A stretch of DNA of 62,941 nt, counting the filler, from Diploschistes diacapsis (lineage: Eukaryota): NCBI GenBank assembly GCA_023645945.1. It is 27 parts of 27 records of this genome, joined end to end, with 100 filler letters (N's around TTAATTAATTAA, not from the genome) between each part and the next. Parts side by side here need not be neighbours in the genome. Positions count along the whole stretch, not along the records: positions 11,147 to 32,823 come from JALAIB010000300.1; 26 more parts are not named here. One strand, written 5' to 3'. The position numbers were made by a program, and so were the translations under genes. The notes under the pieces are model-generated. The model had not been told where the DNA came from. It ran no database searches and saw nothing but the letters and a program-made list of their open reading frames with translations. Positions 13,101 to 25,768 of this stretch are shown here, piece after piece (within the stretch, counting starts at the first letter, position 1; the number at the start of each line of letters is the position of its first letter).

Positions 13101-13467
13101 AGGGTTCAGTCCAAAGGGCCGAACAGCTGGCCGATAAGTAGTCCCGAGAGCCTCCAGAAGACAGTATCGATAAAGGCGTGGGGTGGTGATGCTTTCCAAT
13201 CGAGCCAAGAAAAGCAGCGGCTGCGGATCATCATCCGCTGTCATGTTTAGTTAGTTAGTTAGGGAAGGGGCCTAATCCACACACACATCTCCACACAATC
13301 ACAGAGCGTGGAGTCGCCAGCCGAACCCCGGTCCGATCTAGAGCTTCAACCTCGACTTCAAGCTAAGTTCAAACAGAAAACGCATTGTTACTTACCCAAG
13401 AGCATCGACATCTCATGTAGTCCCGACGCACACAGCATCTAATGTCTAGACTACCCTCAACGCTTTT

Positions 13468-16062
13468 ATGGAAACGATAGCATACCCCTCCCCTTCCGCC
13501 CTGCCCAACTCACCCGTGCTCCAGCGTGCCCCGCCCGGGAGCCAGATAAGGAGCGATGCAAAGCAGAAGCAGCCAGCAAAAGCGAAGGCTCAGCCCCCAA
13601 ACTCCAAGAACGACGGTGTAACAAAACCCAAGCAGTCCAAAAGCCGCAATGGTAAGTTGCATCTTTCGTCTAGATTGGACGATTTGTCCTACGAACCCTC
13701 ATCCGACCTTAATCTGAACTCGGCTCTGACGCGACACCCAAGGGTGTGCGACCTGCAAGGGAAAAAGGCTCAAGTGCGACGAGACGAAGCCCGCTTGCAA
13801 ACAGTGTACAGACAAAAGGGTCGTGTGCGGTGGATACAAGAAAGACTTCAAATGGAGGCTAGTCGAGGAAAAACACTTTGCATCCGACGAGACTACACCT
13901 CCTAGGGGCAAGAAGCGTGGGTGTGGACAAACAAGTACCGGAGGCCTCTGACTTTGAGGCAGATCCTTCAAACTCAAAGCACGACGTCTCGTCGCTGGGC
14001 CCCGATGCAGCTGCTCAACCTCCTCCGCCTTCGCACCATCATGAATCCCTCGACTTCAACGAAGCCTCCGCCCTTTCACGGGGCTCGGGCCCACTTCTCG
14101 CTTCCACAGTCTCTGCAGAGTCTCGGCTTTTTCAGCCTTCGAGCTTGCCCTTCAAGGTTGCTGACCTTAAAGCTCTCGTTACTGATGAATCGTGGCTAGC
14201 CCCATTGCAATCCCCGAAAGGTTCGCCGGGCCTGTTCTCTCGCCGACCTTCAACGGCGGCAGATGATCTCACCGTTACAAGCTTCCCTGCGATGAAGAGT
14301 CGGATGGAAATCACGGAAGATGAAGAGATTGAAGAGATAGCAGGTGGGCACAACGCGCCATTCAACAATCGCCTCGACCAACAACATTCGTCCACTCTCT
14401 CCCCGGCGAGACCGAGCAGTTCAGCTACCGAGGCAAGCCTTCTCGTACGAAGCCAACCGAGGCTCAGCTTCGACAGCCCGGAGGTGCTCCTAACCAACTT
14501 CGATCAACACACATGTGGCATCCTGTCCGTAAGAGATGGTCCGTATGAAAATCCGTGGCGAGTAGCGATCTGGCCAATTGCCCATGAGTTCCCAGCCCTT
14601 CGACATGCCATACTATCCATGTCTGCGTTCCATGCATCGAGGTCCCGGCCGGAGATGAAGGTTCCGGGCTGTGAACACATGGGAAAGAGCATCCAGAACC
14701 TCTCCAAGGGCCTCGGTTTGGGAAACATGCCGCAGGACGTCGCCCTTGCAACGTCCTTGGCTCTAGCCTTTGCCGTATCTTGGGACGTTCACATATCGAC
14801 CGGTATACAGCACTTGCGTGGTGGCAAGGAACTGGCGAACGAGGCCCTGAAGATGGTCCAGCAGAAAAAAATTGCCGATCCCGCTAGAGTTGCGAGGATC
14901 AAATTTCTGTGCAATACCTGGCTCTACATGGATGTCATTGCGAGGCTGACGAGTCTCGATGTCGAAGAGCGGGCGGAAATCGACATGAGGTTGTGGTCAC
15001 AGATTGACCCGTTCGGAACCAGCGACGAAATCGACCCCCTGATGGGCTGCGCAACAACTCTTTTTCCGATCATCGGCCGAGCAGCGAATCTGGTTCAACG
15101 CGTCAGAAGAAGCGTGACCAACTCGATCAGCATCGTGTCGGATGCACGCGAGCTGAAGGAAGAACTCATGAAGTGGCAGCCTCGAGCCTATCTCAACAAG
15201 CCTGCGGATCCCACCTGCGACATCGAGGATTCGATACAGACGGCCGAGGCATACAGATGGGCTACGCTTCTCTACCTCCATCAGGCCGTGCCGGAGATAC
15301 CCAGCAGAACCAGCGCCCAGCTGGCCCAAAAGGTCCTAATTTACCTGGCCACAGTTCCGCTCACCTCGAGAACGACCATTGTTCATATTTATCCCCTGCT
15401 TGCTGCCGGATGCGAAGCTTCACACCCGGAGGACAGGGAGTTCGTAAGGGATCGGTGGGTAGCAATGTCGCAGAGGATGCAGATCGGCAACGTGGAGAAG
15501 TGCTGCGAGGTTGTCAGGGCGGTGTGGGAGCGGCGCGACGAGCCAATGGTCACGACGATCCGCTCTCGCCAGGAAAGTCTGGTACCTCGCATGGGGAACC
15601 TGACATTTTCATCTGTGCTGTCAGAGCTGACGGGATCGAATCCGCTCGAAGCAGACGAGCCGTGTGGCACGTTGCTAGGCAACTCCGGCCACACGATGCC
15701 GGAAGAGACGGTAATATTCCACGGAATGCCACCCGCTCTGGGTGCGATAGAAAGCTCTCGGACCTCTCGAAAGCGCAACTTTTCGTCATCGTCCGCTTTC
15801 CCGGAGCCACAGTGCCAAACCTCTCCAAAGCCGCGGCGCGGTTCAGGAAGATTCAAGATGAGGCACCACCCGCTCGTAGACTTGGTAGAAACCGTCGAGG
15901 ACATTGGCTTCGAGCGTACGGTGAGGGGACGTGAGCACTGGGTCGGCGTTATGAAGGACTGGAAGTGGGAAGGTACGTGTTGCTCCTGCCTGTTCTGGTG
16001 GCTGTTCTGTGGGAACCGAGCACAAACACTGATGGAGAACGAGTGTAGTCCTGCTTGGATAA
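13468..16062 (+). CDS. Zn(II)2Cys6 transcription factor with fungal-specific TF (Fungal_trans_2-like) domain; exons 13468-13651, 13743-13916, 13963-15972, 16049-16062
   Basis: Spliced model gives KSRNGCATCKGKRLKCDETKPACKQCTDKRVVC (six Cys), then DGPYENPWR, YMDVIARLTS, IDPLMGCATTLFP, AEAYRWATLLYLHQAVP and C-terminal WKWEVLLG*. All three GT-AG introns keep phase. Confidence 0.92.
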
Positions 16063-17785
16063 CCATCTTACGACTGCTCACGATGATACGTTCTGTGGGA
16101 TTAGCTCAAGGCGCTGGGCTTGCATACGGGACACATGGAAACGGGTGCATTGTTACGGATACCTTTGGGCCCATATCGTGCTCCCATTTGATAATGTGTT
16201 GTTTTTGGCTTCGTTTTTTGTACTTTTGACTGATTCTCGGGAAGAATTAAGAGTTTGCTTTGTTGTGCATTCGGGAAATTGATCATGGGCTTGTCACATC
16301 GGTGTTTCGCTCTTTACTAACGGATGGGAGTCGAATCCAACAACAGGCTTCGCTGCTGCTCGGTAGGTAGGTACCCACATTGCGTTGCTTCAAGTTTCTG
16401 CGTCGCATGTTTCACTTTGTAACGCTTGGATGTACGCGTTGGGCTTCGCCGCCACATGGTAGGCACTGCCGAACTCGATCTGTTGCGTTCCCACCCACAT
16501 AACAAGGCTGGGATTTGCTGAAAATTTGCTTGGGCTTGCGAATTGGATGCACAGTTTATGGTCCACCAGGTTGAAGACTCTGAATGTGGTGGAAAGCAAC
16601 GTTTTGTATCACCAGCGACTGGGACTGAGCTGGATGGCTCCGGGAGCAGGTATTCGGAAATCAGTTTCGGTCCTTGCTTCCAGCAATACCAGGCCCTGAG
16701 TTATTGACGAATACCCAATGCTCGGCACCTGAGTATGGGCATCAGCAGTACTGAGGCGGCTGCACACAACATGGAGAGGAGCAGGCAGGTAAAGGTATAT
16801 ATATGTATATATATAATAGCGAAAAGGCCCTACACCTGTGGCAAGCCAGTATTGATGGGCAGAGATATCTTGCTCGTGCACGGATCTTTCCATTACGTGT
16901 TCGAAACAGCAGGGTGTAGACCGCATGTGGCAGTATGCTATTGGAACCTTGCAGCTGGACGAGTGCGTGTCCTGGTTTCTGGTCCGTGATTCGAAGAATT
17001 GATAACACTTTCTGTAGCTTCTTCCATCCTTTTACTGGCCAGGCCAGGAATTGCTTCGGCCTCGTAAGGCTAGGCGTTGGGAGCCCGTATAATGTTTACT
17101 CAAAGCGGTTGTGTTTTCCGTGGGGTTGCAAAAAGGACATGCCTCTCTCATCCACAAGGCCCCTCTGCATTGCCAAGCTGTATTTATTCTTTACCAGCTT
17201 TACTGTTAGTTCAAACCGGGGGTTGAAGAAGGTTGGAAGAAGAAAACTACTTGTTGTTCATTTTTTGTGGAGCATGTTCCCAGTTCTCATATCTTCTCAT
17301 TTGCATTATCGAACCCAAGGCTGCACGCTCGCAGACCAATGTGGGTAGGTGACCTGTTTTGAGGCGCAAGTCGTGCTGGTCCATGGCACTGGCACACGTC
17401 AAATTCCAATGGCATCCTTTGGCACTGTTCTTATCCGAGATAGGTCGATGGTTGCCAAACGCTTTCGTTACTCAAATATGCTCAATCAGGGTTGTAACCG
17501 TCATGGTTTTCGCCTCGGTTCATCCGCGCTCTTCTTCGTCTGGGAATTTCTCCAAACGAGACTCATTCTTTGCATCTCGCCCTATCAGTCCTATCCCGCT
17601 AGAAGGAGCAAAGCTAAGGGCTTCACCTTGTATGCATGCCGCATCCAGAACGGTTTCTTTATTGCCTTTTCTGGACTTCGATTCCAGTTCTTCCCCACAA
17701 GCTCCGCTGCTTGTGTTCATCGTTATCTACTACCCGGCGAAGTTACCTTCTTGCCTTCTTTCGTTCAACGCCTGTCAATCCCATA

Positions 17786-18530
17786 ATGGAGCATGAATCA
17801 AGGCATGCGTCGCAGCGCCTCTGGTCTGGTTATTCCTATACCCGCCTATATCCATTTTCCAAATCCTATGAGGATCTCTTCATACCCTCTCGACCTGCAC
17901 CTTCCCCTCCGAACAAAGCTTCGAACAAAAGCGCCGGAAGGCCACTATGGACGCCCAGACAAGCACTGAGAAGATTAACAGCAAGGTTGGAGGGGAAAAT
18001 AACGGAGACGGGGTTCCATTCAGGCACTACGCACAAGCACAAGCGACAGCAGAGTTTGACATCCCGCTCATTGTGAATGGGAATGCGTTTCTAAGAGATA
18101 TTGTCACTAGGCACGTATACGACTTACCAAAGGTTCTCGTCTACGTTCCCACCACTTCCACCGGTTTTTAACCACTAACCCCTCTCTTCCATTATTCACC
18201 TTTTAATGGCCGTCGAAGCTAATGACACTAGTGCCTCCACCTCCACCTCCACCTCCACCTCCCCACCCTTTCTATCCTCCAACGGGTCGTCTTTTGACCA
18301 GCGGACTCTTTCGTCTTCTACCCGGCAAGCCTCTAGATTATGCCTGCACCTGCCACGAACCGAAGATCATCCTTGAGAGTGATTTGACCATATCCTCGGA
18401 AGGGACGGCACAAAGCGTCAAAGCGGTTCCCCGGGACGTTTTCAATTCTCCAAAGCGTGCAAAGATCAAGTTTGAACCGGAGAGTAGGGACCCAGCCTCT
18501 TTCGTTGGAGCAGTAAGTGTCGTGACATAG
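17786..18530 (+). CDS. Possible spliced hypothetical gene (Pro-rich), unresolved
   Basis: ATG ORF 17786-18076 and poly-Pro ORF 18222-18530 lie on the same strand. No domain recognised and no firm splice model. Confidence 0.25.
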
Positions 18531-21500
18531 AATGGGTCTATGAATGTTGGTTGACGGCGAATAGCGGAAAGAGGGTGTGCTGTTTGAGCGCTGTCCAAGC
18601 TATTCACCTCCGATGGAGACTGTGCAGTGAATGGTTTGTTTGTGTAAAGACCCGCCGAGGCGGAAGACTTACGCTTCTAGAGCAGAGTGTGTGGAGATGA
18701 AACTAATGTCTGTATGTATCGTGGGAATCATACGCACAAACTGCTAGTAATTCACTGTTCACTTTGACTCATACTCTTGGTCTGTGCTGCTTGCCTCTTC
18801 TACATATCCTCCACTCTCGCTCGTGTCTCTTTAACTTGTACTCTTCTTCTCTCTATCCTCTCTTCTGAGGTTCTCTCTTCTTTGATATAGTATTGTGATA
18901 CATTTTATATATGACTGATATCGTCCTCCTACGCTTCCTGTATCGTGGAGCGAGTACTTGACATTAGGAAATCGTGTCTTCTCTACTCGCCTAGTGATTG
19001 GATTATGAGCACAGAAACGATTGGAAATGACGCAAGAAGCTAGTGGCTCAGCCTGTGGCTCAAAGATAACTGGTGGAAAACACAACATCGTCCAGTTCAT
19101 CAGAAGGTACCACCTTGTATAAATTACTCAAAACTTCCCCGGGACTTGTTGAGGTAGTGGAGTTTTCGGTACCAAAAGCCATGTTCTTTGCTTAATCTTC
19201 CAGTCAAATGTCCTTGGGAAGAGTAGGTTTCCTTGATAGTGCAAGCGGGATGCCAGTGTTTCACAACCAGAGATCTCTCAACAGGAAAGCATTGGTTATC
19301 CGATCTGCAACAAATCTGGGCCAAACCTCTAGATTACGAAGTGAATCCCAGGTTGTCTGCGCTGCCATTCGAAAGCGAAAAGCTTTGGGAAACTCGGAAA
19401 GCGCCAAGTTAGGTCGTCCCCGGAGCGAGATTGGAAAGGAGCACAACGGATGGATCGACGTCCATATAGTTAGGAAATCTCGACAGAACGAACTAGGTCC
19501 TTGCATACTTTCAACCACCAAGCTCATCTACAAGCTTATCTCTCCCGCATTCGGATGCAGTACTTGGAGAGTGTGGAATGAATCCTATATTCTCGGTCCA
19601 ACCTCCTCTAACAGTACCCAGGAGACTGAACCTCACGGTATGAGCAACAAGCCGCTAAGGAACGTCAATTTACTCGGAACGCTTGGCTCAATTGGACCAT
19701 TGTTCCAGTAAGATGCCCGAAGCTTGAGACAGGCATAACTGACTCCTAGTTCTTGAAGATGAAGACGCAGGAAGCTCCGGAATGTGTAACAGATAAAGTG
19801 GCAGTACGCCGCAAGAAAGTCTCCGTGCTTTGGAAAGATTCCATTTTATATGCAGGCTATTAGGGAGTACTTCACCATTGCTCCACTGGTACATAGTTTG
19901 GCTGGGTGTTAAATGTAGGATTGACGACGACCTAGATCTTTTCCTGGCTGCGCTTTGCTCCAACGACCGTGGAAGATTGAATCTAGGGCAACCCACACTC
20001 ACCCATGCCGAATATACTAAGAAACGAGAGAACACTAGGCTAAATAATTTCGACTTCACACTAATGAAACGGAGGGAGGACTAGATGTGAGGGCACCATG
20101 TATCGAAGACACGAGCAATCTCGCGCGGACTGCGTCTTGTTTCCAGATCTACGGTACGGCTGTTAGAGTATTGAGAGCACAAAGTTTGTGAAGAGTTTAG
20201 GTGAGGTATAGATAAATGCCAGAGGCAAAGTTCAGAAGAGAGATAGATCGCCATTATGGAAGATGAGGAGCCACCGAGACCATAGCTCTTGACATCAAGC
20301 ATGATTGGAATGCCTCCAGAACCTTCACTGGTACAATATACTGGTTGTTTACCAAGTCACCCTCGGACCCTGGTCCTTCATTTAATCAGATCACAAACCA
20401 GGACGAGCAACCAAAACAATAGAATCGGACCGGAAAACATAAAATGAATGGTCCGAACAACCCTGTACGCCGGGAAGTATAGTTTGTCCTGAGTTTTCTT
20501 TCAATTGTGATGGGTGGAGTGGCTCACAGCACGCATATCAGTAAAATAGACAGGTTAAACTACCGCAAGGATGATGCTTCGTGACGATCCTGGAGAAAGC
20601 CGATGATACAACTCGTGTTTTCTTTCTTTTGCGCTCTTCTTCCCTTTCTCTAGGTCGGAGAAATACTTGGGCCACGGAGGTACTGATAGATTCTGGTCAG
20701 GAACGAAAGGAGGATAAACGACCAAACTGAAAGAAGACAAAGGAAGTGCTGCGTAGCGGGGGAGTGCTGCCGTACTTTGCGCGAAGCTAGCATGAGATGA
20801 GTGCTTTGTGGCCACAAGTTCTCTTGAACAATCCTTTGGCAAAACTATCCACTACCCCCTCCGTCACGACTACTACTACGAGCAGCAGCGCAGCGCACGT
20901 GGCAAAAACTCACAGGCTAAATCAACTGACCACAGAAGCAATAGAAATCCGTGGGTGGGTTCGCGGGATCCCTGCAAGACTCCAATACAAGCGTCGTTTT
21001 GATACAAAGTTTCATACAAACTGTTCAGCAAGAGGAGAACCGAGCTTGTGTGTATCGTCACTCAACTATCGTGTCCCCTCTGGGACAGGGAATCCTAAGG
21101 CATTCTGTTTGTTCTGACGGAAGATTTATATAGCACATGTTTCGTTAAAGAAAATGCATGTTGGGGCAGGGAAAAAGGGAAAAGGGGAAAAGGGGAAAAG
21201 TTCGACAGTTACGCATGCCCAGGCAGCATGAATGGAAAGGAGGTGAAGACCTGTGTTTCGGAACGGGGCGAGGAATCTCAATGGAACGTCATCTATGGGT
21301 ACGTCGGGGAAGTGGAGAGCAGAGCACCTTTCAGCCATTGCTGAGGACTTGAGGGGATGGAATTAACTATATACTCATACAGCCTGCGGATCGTGTCAGG
21401 GGAATCCAAGTTGCGATTACCGCGGCGAATGTTCCCGTAACAAAACTTCGTTGTGTTTGATCAGGCCGATTTTTGGACACTCGAGTCTTTTTTCCCAGAG

Positions 21501-22989
21501 ATCTACGACAGCGGAGCTTCGTGTTACTCCATGATAAACTTGTTTTAGAAAATGATACTTATATGGATTAGAGACGTGTTACTTGAGTAAGACGTTCGCT
21601 GTCATAGGATAGTTCAGGCTACCAGTTATTTGCCAGGACATACCATCAAGGGTAGTGCAGAAACAACGAAACGCTGAGGGAGCACAAGAACCTCGCTCAT
21701 CCCTAGCACGACTTGGAACAGAGGACTAACTATTTTGTTAAACATCCTAGCAATTCACGAGGCTATTTAGCCTCGGATCGGCCGCTCACGTTGAGGGAGA
21801 GAATTCATCTGAAGTCATTCGCTAAAGAATACAGAAGCGCCCCAGGAAGCTTAGCCGCCGACATTGCACGAATATCAGGAGGTAAATGTTTTTGAAGAAT
21901 ATCGACTATATACGCCAGGGAGCAGCGGTCGTCTTCTCGGGCCCAAAGATGGGTGTACTCCTAGGAGACCTAGAAGTTGATGCAGTGACATTGTCAAGCG
22001 ACCTAGATGTCGAAGCGTGAGAATGGTTATAGTATAAGGATATTTACAGGCGACAAACCGGTATATCCACCCACTGAAGTGCATCTATCATCACAGTGTG
22101 AAAGGATTAGGTGCACCCGGCCTTCCGCACACTTGAGAAAGACGGACAAGTCAGCAGGAAGTTTCTTAAGCATACCGACTCAAACACAACGAGGCTGTGG
22201 GCAGCACAAGCGAGGAGCATGAAAAATTGAGGCTAGGCTTCTTCAAATTCTCGCACCTGCACAAAAATGTCAGGTCTTAGTGGATTTCAAGGGACGGGTA
22301 GTACTAAGAGGACGATATATCTACAATCGCAATACTTGGAGATAGCAATAGACACGAAACACTAGACACGACTGATTTAAGGCTCCGCCAAACTTGAAAC
22401 AAGCCGAATTCAAGTAATTTTGGCCGATCAGATTAATGAGGCTGATACCAGATTCAGGAAAACACAGTCGGTCGCCTGCAATCCTAGAATGGTAGGTAGA
22501 ATAATCAATAACTCGAGCCCGGCCCACTAGACAATGTTAAAACGCTGGCAGGGCGAACCAACAGATGATGGACTGGGGTAGGAGCCCCTCGCGCCGATGC
22601 GGGAGATACCTCCATAAAATATCCAAGTGCTCTGACGCCAGTGGTCAATCCCGAGAGTTCATCAGGGTGATAAGATGCAAGACAGATACAGGGGCAGGAT
22701 AGCCGGTTCGCCGTAGTGCCATCACTGCTAGGTTTGGCTTTTGTGGTTGTACTAAAGGTAGCAATACGTTTAGGGAAGGCGGTGCGGGAGTAAAAAGCCA
22801 AAAATACCGAGTTCAAGAGGAGAGATGTGGGAATCCCCGAAGCCCTTGACGAGGGCAGCATTGTACTTTTTGTTCGTAGCTTTCGATCGAATATCTTGTC
22901 CGTTGAGTGCCGAGTATAATATGTCGAAACAGGGTTCGGCCGCTTATGATTAGGCCAGGTTGCTAAACCTGGAGTAAAGAATTTTCGGG

Positions 22990-23059
22990 TGGTAGCAGCA
23001 GTGGGAGTCGAATCCACGACCTCCTTCGAACGAAAAGGTCTGCCGGCAGTCATGCCGCC
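22990..23059 (-). pseudogene. tRNA-like element (degenerate tRNA or tRNA-derived sequence) with encoded 3' CCA
   Basis: GGCGGCA/TGCTGCT 7-bp acceptor stem, AGGTC variable loop, GTGGA-TTCGACT-CCCAC T arm, then A and CCA. The D arm is shortened and the anticodon loop is 6 nt. Confidence 0.45.
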
Positions 23060-23690
23060 ATAATTATACAATTTAAACACACTATGCAATCGAATCACAA
23101 CAGAATGGATTCTAATGAGCTACTGGAGGTGTGAGCCCGTTAGCTGCATCCGGGTCGCTTCACCGGGTTTAGAGTAACTAAAGTGTTTCTTGAACCTATT
23201 ATTTCAGTCCATGCCTGCTTACTCGGTAGTGGGGAGGGGTTGCTTAGAAAATCTCGTTTCTCGGAACTATAGAAAAATTTAAAGGATTTAAAAGAGGGCT
23301 GACTTGCCCAATGCACAAGCATGGATGCATGAGTGTCTTTTTCTAGAACATGTCTGTGCGAGTCATTTTTTTGATACTTTATCCACCCCACTTTGGCAGG
23401 TTAATCATTTCTGCATTGGTGTGCGTACACGAAGGTACAATCATGTTGAGTTAACCTGCGAGCTGAAGTTTCGGTCGCTGGCATTGTCTTTGGCTTTTTC
23501 CCGATCATGAGATGATAAGCCTCTCAATGCTGCGTTCTTCGATCACGATCTTGCCCTTGTTACACCCTCTTCCTACCAAATCTCTGTACCAACGAACTCA
23601 TCTTCCCCCAAAAGGAGTCTAGGAGCTTCAACAGAATAGCTCTCAGCAGCATATCAATTGAGCGGTATTACAAAAGGAGTGGGAGGTTCG

Positions 23691-24819
23691 ATGACTTCAA
23701 GACTCTCATTTGGTGCTCGCGCCGAGCGCGCGGAAGGCAATCCGTTGAAGACATATCTACTCAAGTTAATTGCAGCGAAAAAGACGAACTTGTGCGTTTC
23801 AGCGGACCTCAACTCCACCAGTGCTCTGCTTCGTCTCGCTGAAGAAGTAGGAGATTCGATATGTATCTTGAAGACACACGCAGACATCGTGGACGACTTT
23901 GGGGAGCGGACAATAAAAGGACTGCGCGAGCTATCCCGAAGGAAGAGGTTTCTTATCTTTGAGGATAGGAAGTTCGGGGACATTGGCAGTAGGTACAAGC
24001 GCTCCTGACTAATGATATCTAGCTGAGATTACAGATACCGTGCAAGCCCAGTACACACGGGGACCACTCGCTATCGCAACTTGGGCTCATCTCGTGAACG
24101 CCCACATCTTTCCCGGCCCAAGCATCATAACTGCTCTGAAGACTGCCGCTGCAAGCTCACTTGATTCGCTCAGGCACGGGGTATCGACGGAAATATCTGT
24201 GGGGACGCCAAATATTTCATCCGACGGCGAAGAAGAAGATGACGACTTCATTGAGGGCAAGGTAGCCACACAGAGGGCGAAATCTCGGGGAAGCAGGAAA
24301 GACAGCATCGTGACGAATACTACCATCACCCGGACGGTGGAGTTGTCACAACAAACATCGGGCTCCGAAGTAACCTCACCTGAACCGCACGCGGAAAGCG
24401 AGATGTTGGAGAAGCTTGGAGAGCCACCTCTAGCCCGGGGCTTGCTTTTATTTGCGCAAATGAGCAGCGCGGGTAACCTCATGGGCGCGGATTATACCAA
24501 CCATTGTATCCAGGCCGCCGGACAGCACAAGGATTTTGTCGTTGGATACATCTCGCAAAGAGACCTCAATGTCGGGAGTGGCGACGATTTCCTGTCGCTC
24601 ACACCGGGCGTACAGTTACCGCCAGCAGCCAAGCCAGGGCAACAACCGAAAGGCGATAATCTAGGCCAGCAGTATCGGACGCCCAGGGAAGTCATAGGGA
24701 AATACGCGTGTGATATCGTCATAGTTGGACGAGGCATCGTTGCGTCCAAGGAGAGGGCGAAGGAAGCAGAAAGATATCGAACAGAAGCCTGGAAAGCTTA
24801 CGAAGCACGAATCCGATGA
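23691..24819 (+). CDS. URA3: Orotidine-5'-phosphate decarboxylase (URA3/pyrG/pyr-4); exons 23691-23988 and 24035-24819
   Basis: KKTNLCVSAD, LKTHAD, FEDRKFGDIGNTVQAQY (across a 46-nt intron), GLLLFAQMSSAG, GDNLGQQYRTP and DIVIVGRGI. Confidence 0.97.
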
Positions 24820-25768
24820 TAATTAAGCCAAGGGAGTTTGTTCTCCTGGCTCAGAATTAATTCTATGATACCATAGTCATGACATGGCATTTCCAAAAGG
24901 TCTGGCAATGTCTAAGAAGGTATCTCGTTCACCATTCTTGGGATCGATATTGGAATGCTTCTGGTAGACCGACTTGGTAGGCGCTAGCTACATGATGAAT
25001 CTCAAAATATATAGTCAGGTTCCAAAAATAATGAGCCCTGCTGCAAGACACACCAAAATTTGCATATTTCAAAAGGCTCCCACGATATCAATTAAAAAAT
25101 ATAAAAGTATAGAAAAGCCCAAGAGACATGTAAATATACGATCAACATACTTGAATCATTTAAATAATTTTTGGTGCAATACTGTGTGACACGACCAATT
25201 TTTTTAATATGCCGCTGCCGCGATTTTTGGCAGGAACGGCACGTTCTCGATCTTATAATGTTTTTATTCTCACCATAGCTTTAATTATTTCGAAAAAAGA
25301 AAAATTTAGTGCAAACATCTCTTTATAAATTATTTCATTTCTATTTTTAATTTCCAAAAGCCTTATTTGGCGGTATGGGAAGGATCTCCTCGGTACTTTC
25401 GCGATGATTATGAATCGCAGTAGTTATTTTTGAGTAGTAGTGGGTTGTTGTAGGCTTGGTGCCCCCGGGCAGGCCGACTAAGTGCCCAACATGGCGTTAT
25501 CTGCCCATTTCCTCTACTAATGCCCCATGTAGTAAAAGCTCGGTTGTAATAGAGCAAGGGGCTTTAGAATTGACGCCTAGGAGTCAAATATTCGTTCACC
25601 TGGCCGCACCTTCTTTCACTTCATATCTTTATTAAACTACCTTTTGTCGGTCTGAGACACTTGCAGCGGCCACTGTTGTTGTTCAGTTTTTCATTTGCCT
25701 AAGCTGTCCCGAAATCGAACATCTCTGGTGGCAGTCATCGTGCACGTTCCTATCCCTCTTATCCCGCA

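Noticed and set aside
13878..16229. 783-aa ORF as the complete protein
   Set aside because: Its ends run through introns. The spliced model 13468-16062 adds the Zn cluster and the WEVLLG terminus.
22505..23098. 197-aa minus-strand ORF
   Set aside because: No recognisable motif, non-ATG start, and it overlaps the tRNA-like element.
25040..25370. AT-rich patch between URA3 and SCS7 as a MITE relic
   Set aside because: No convincing TIR, TSD or second copy found.
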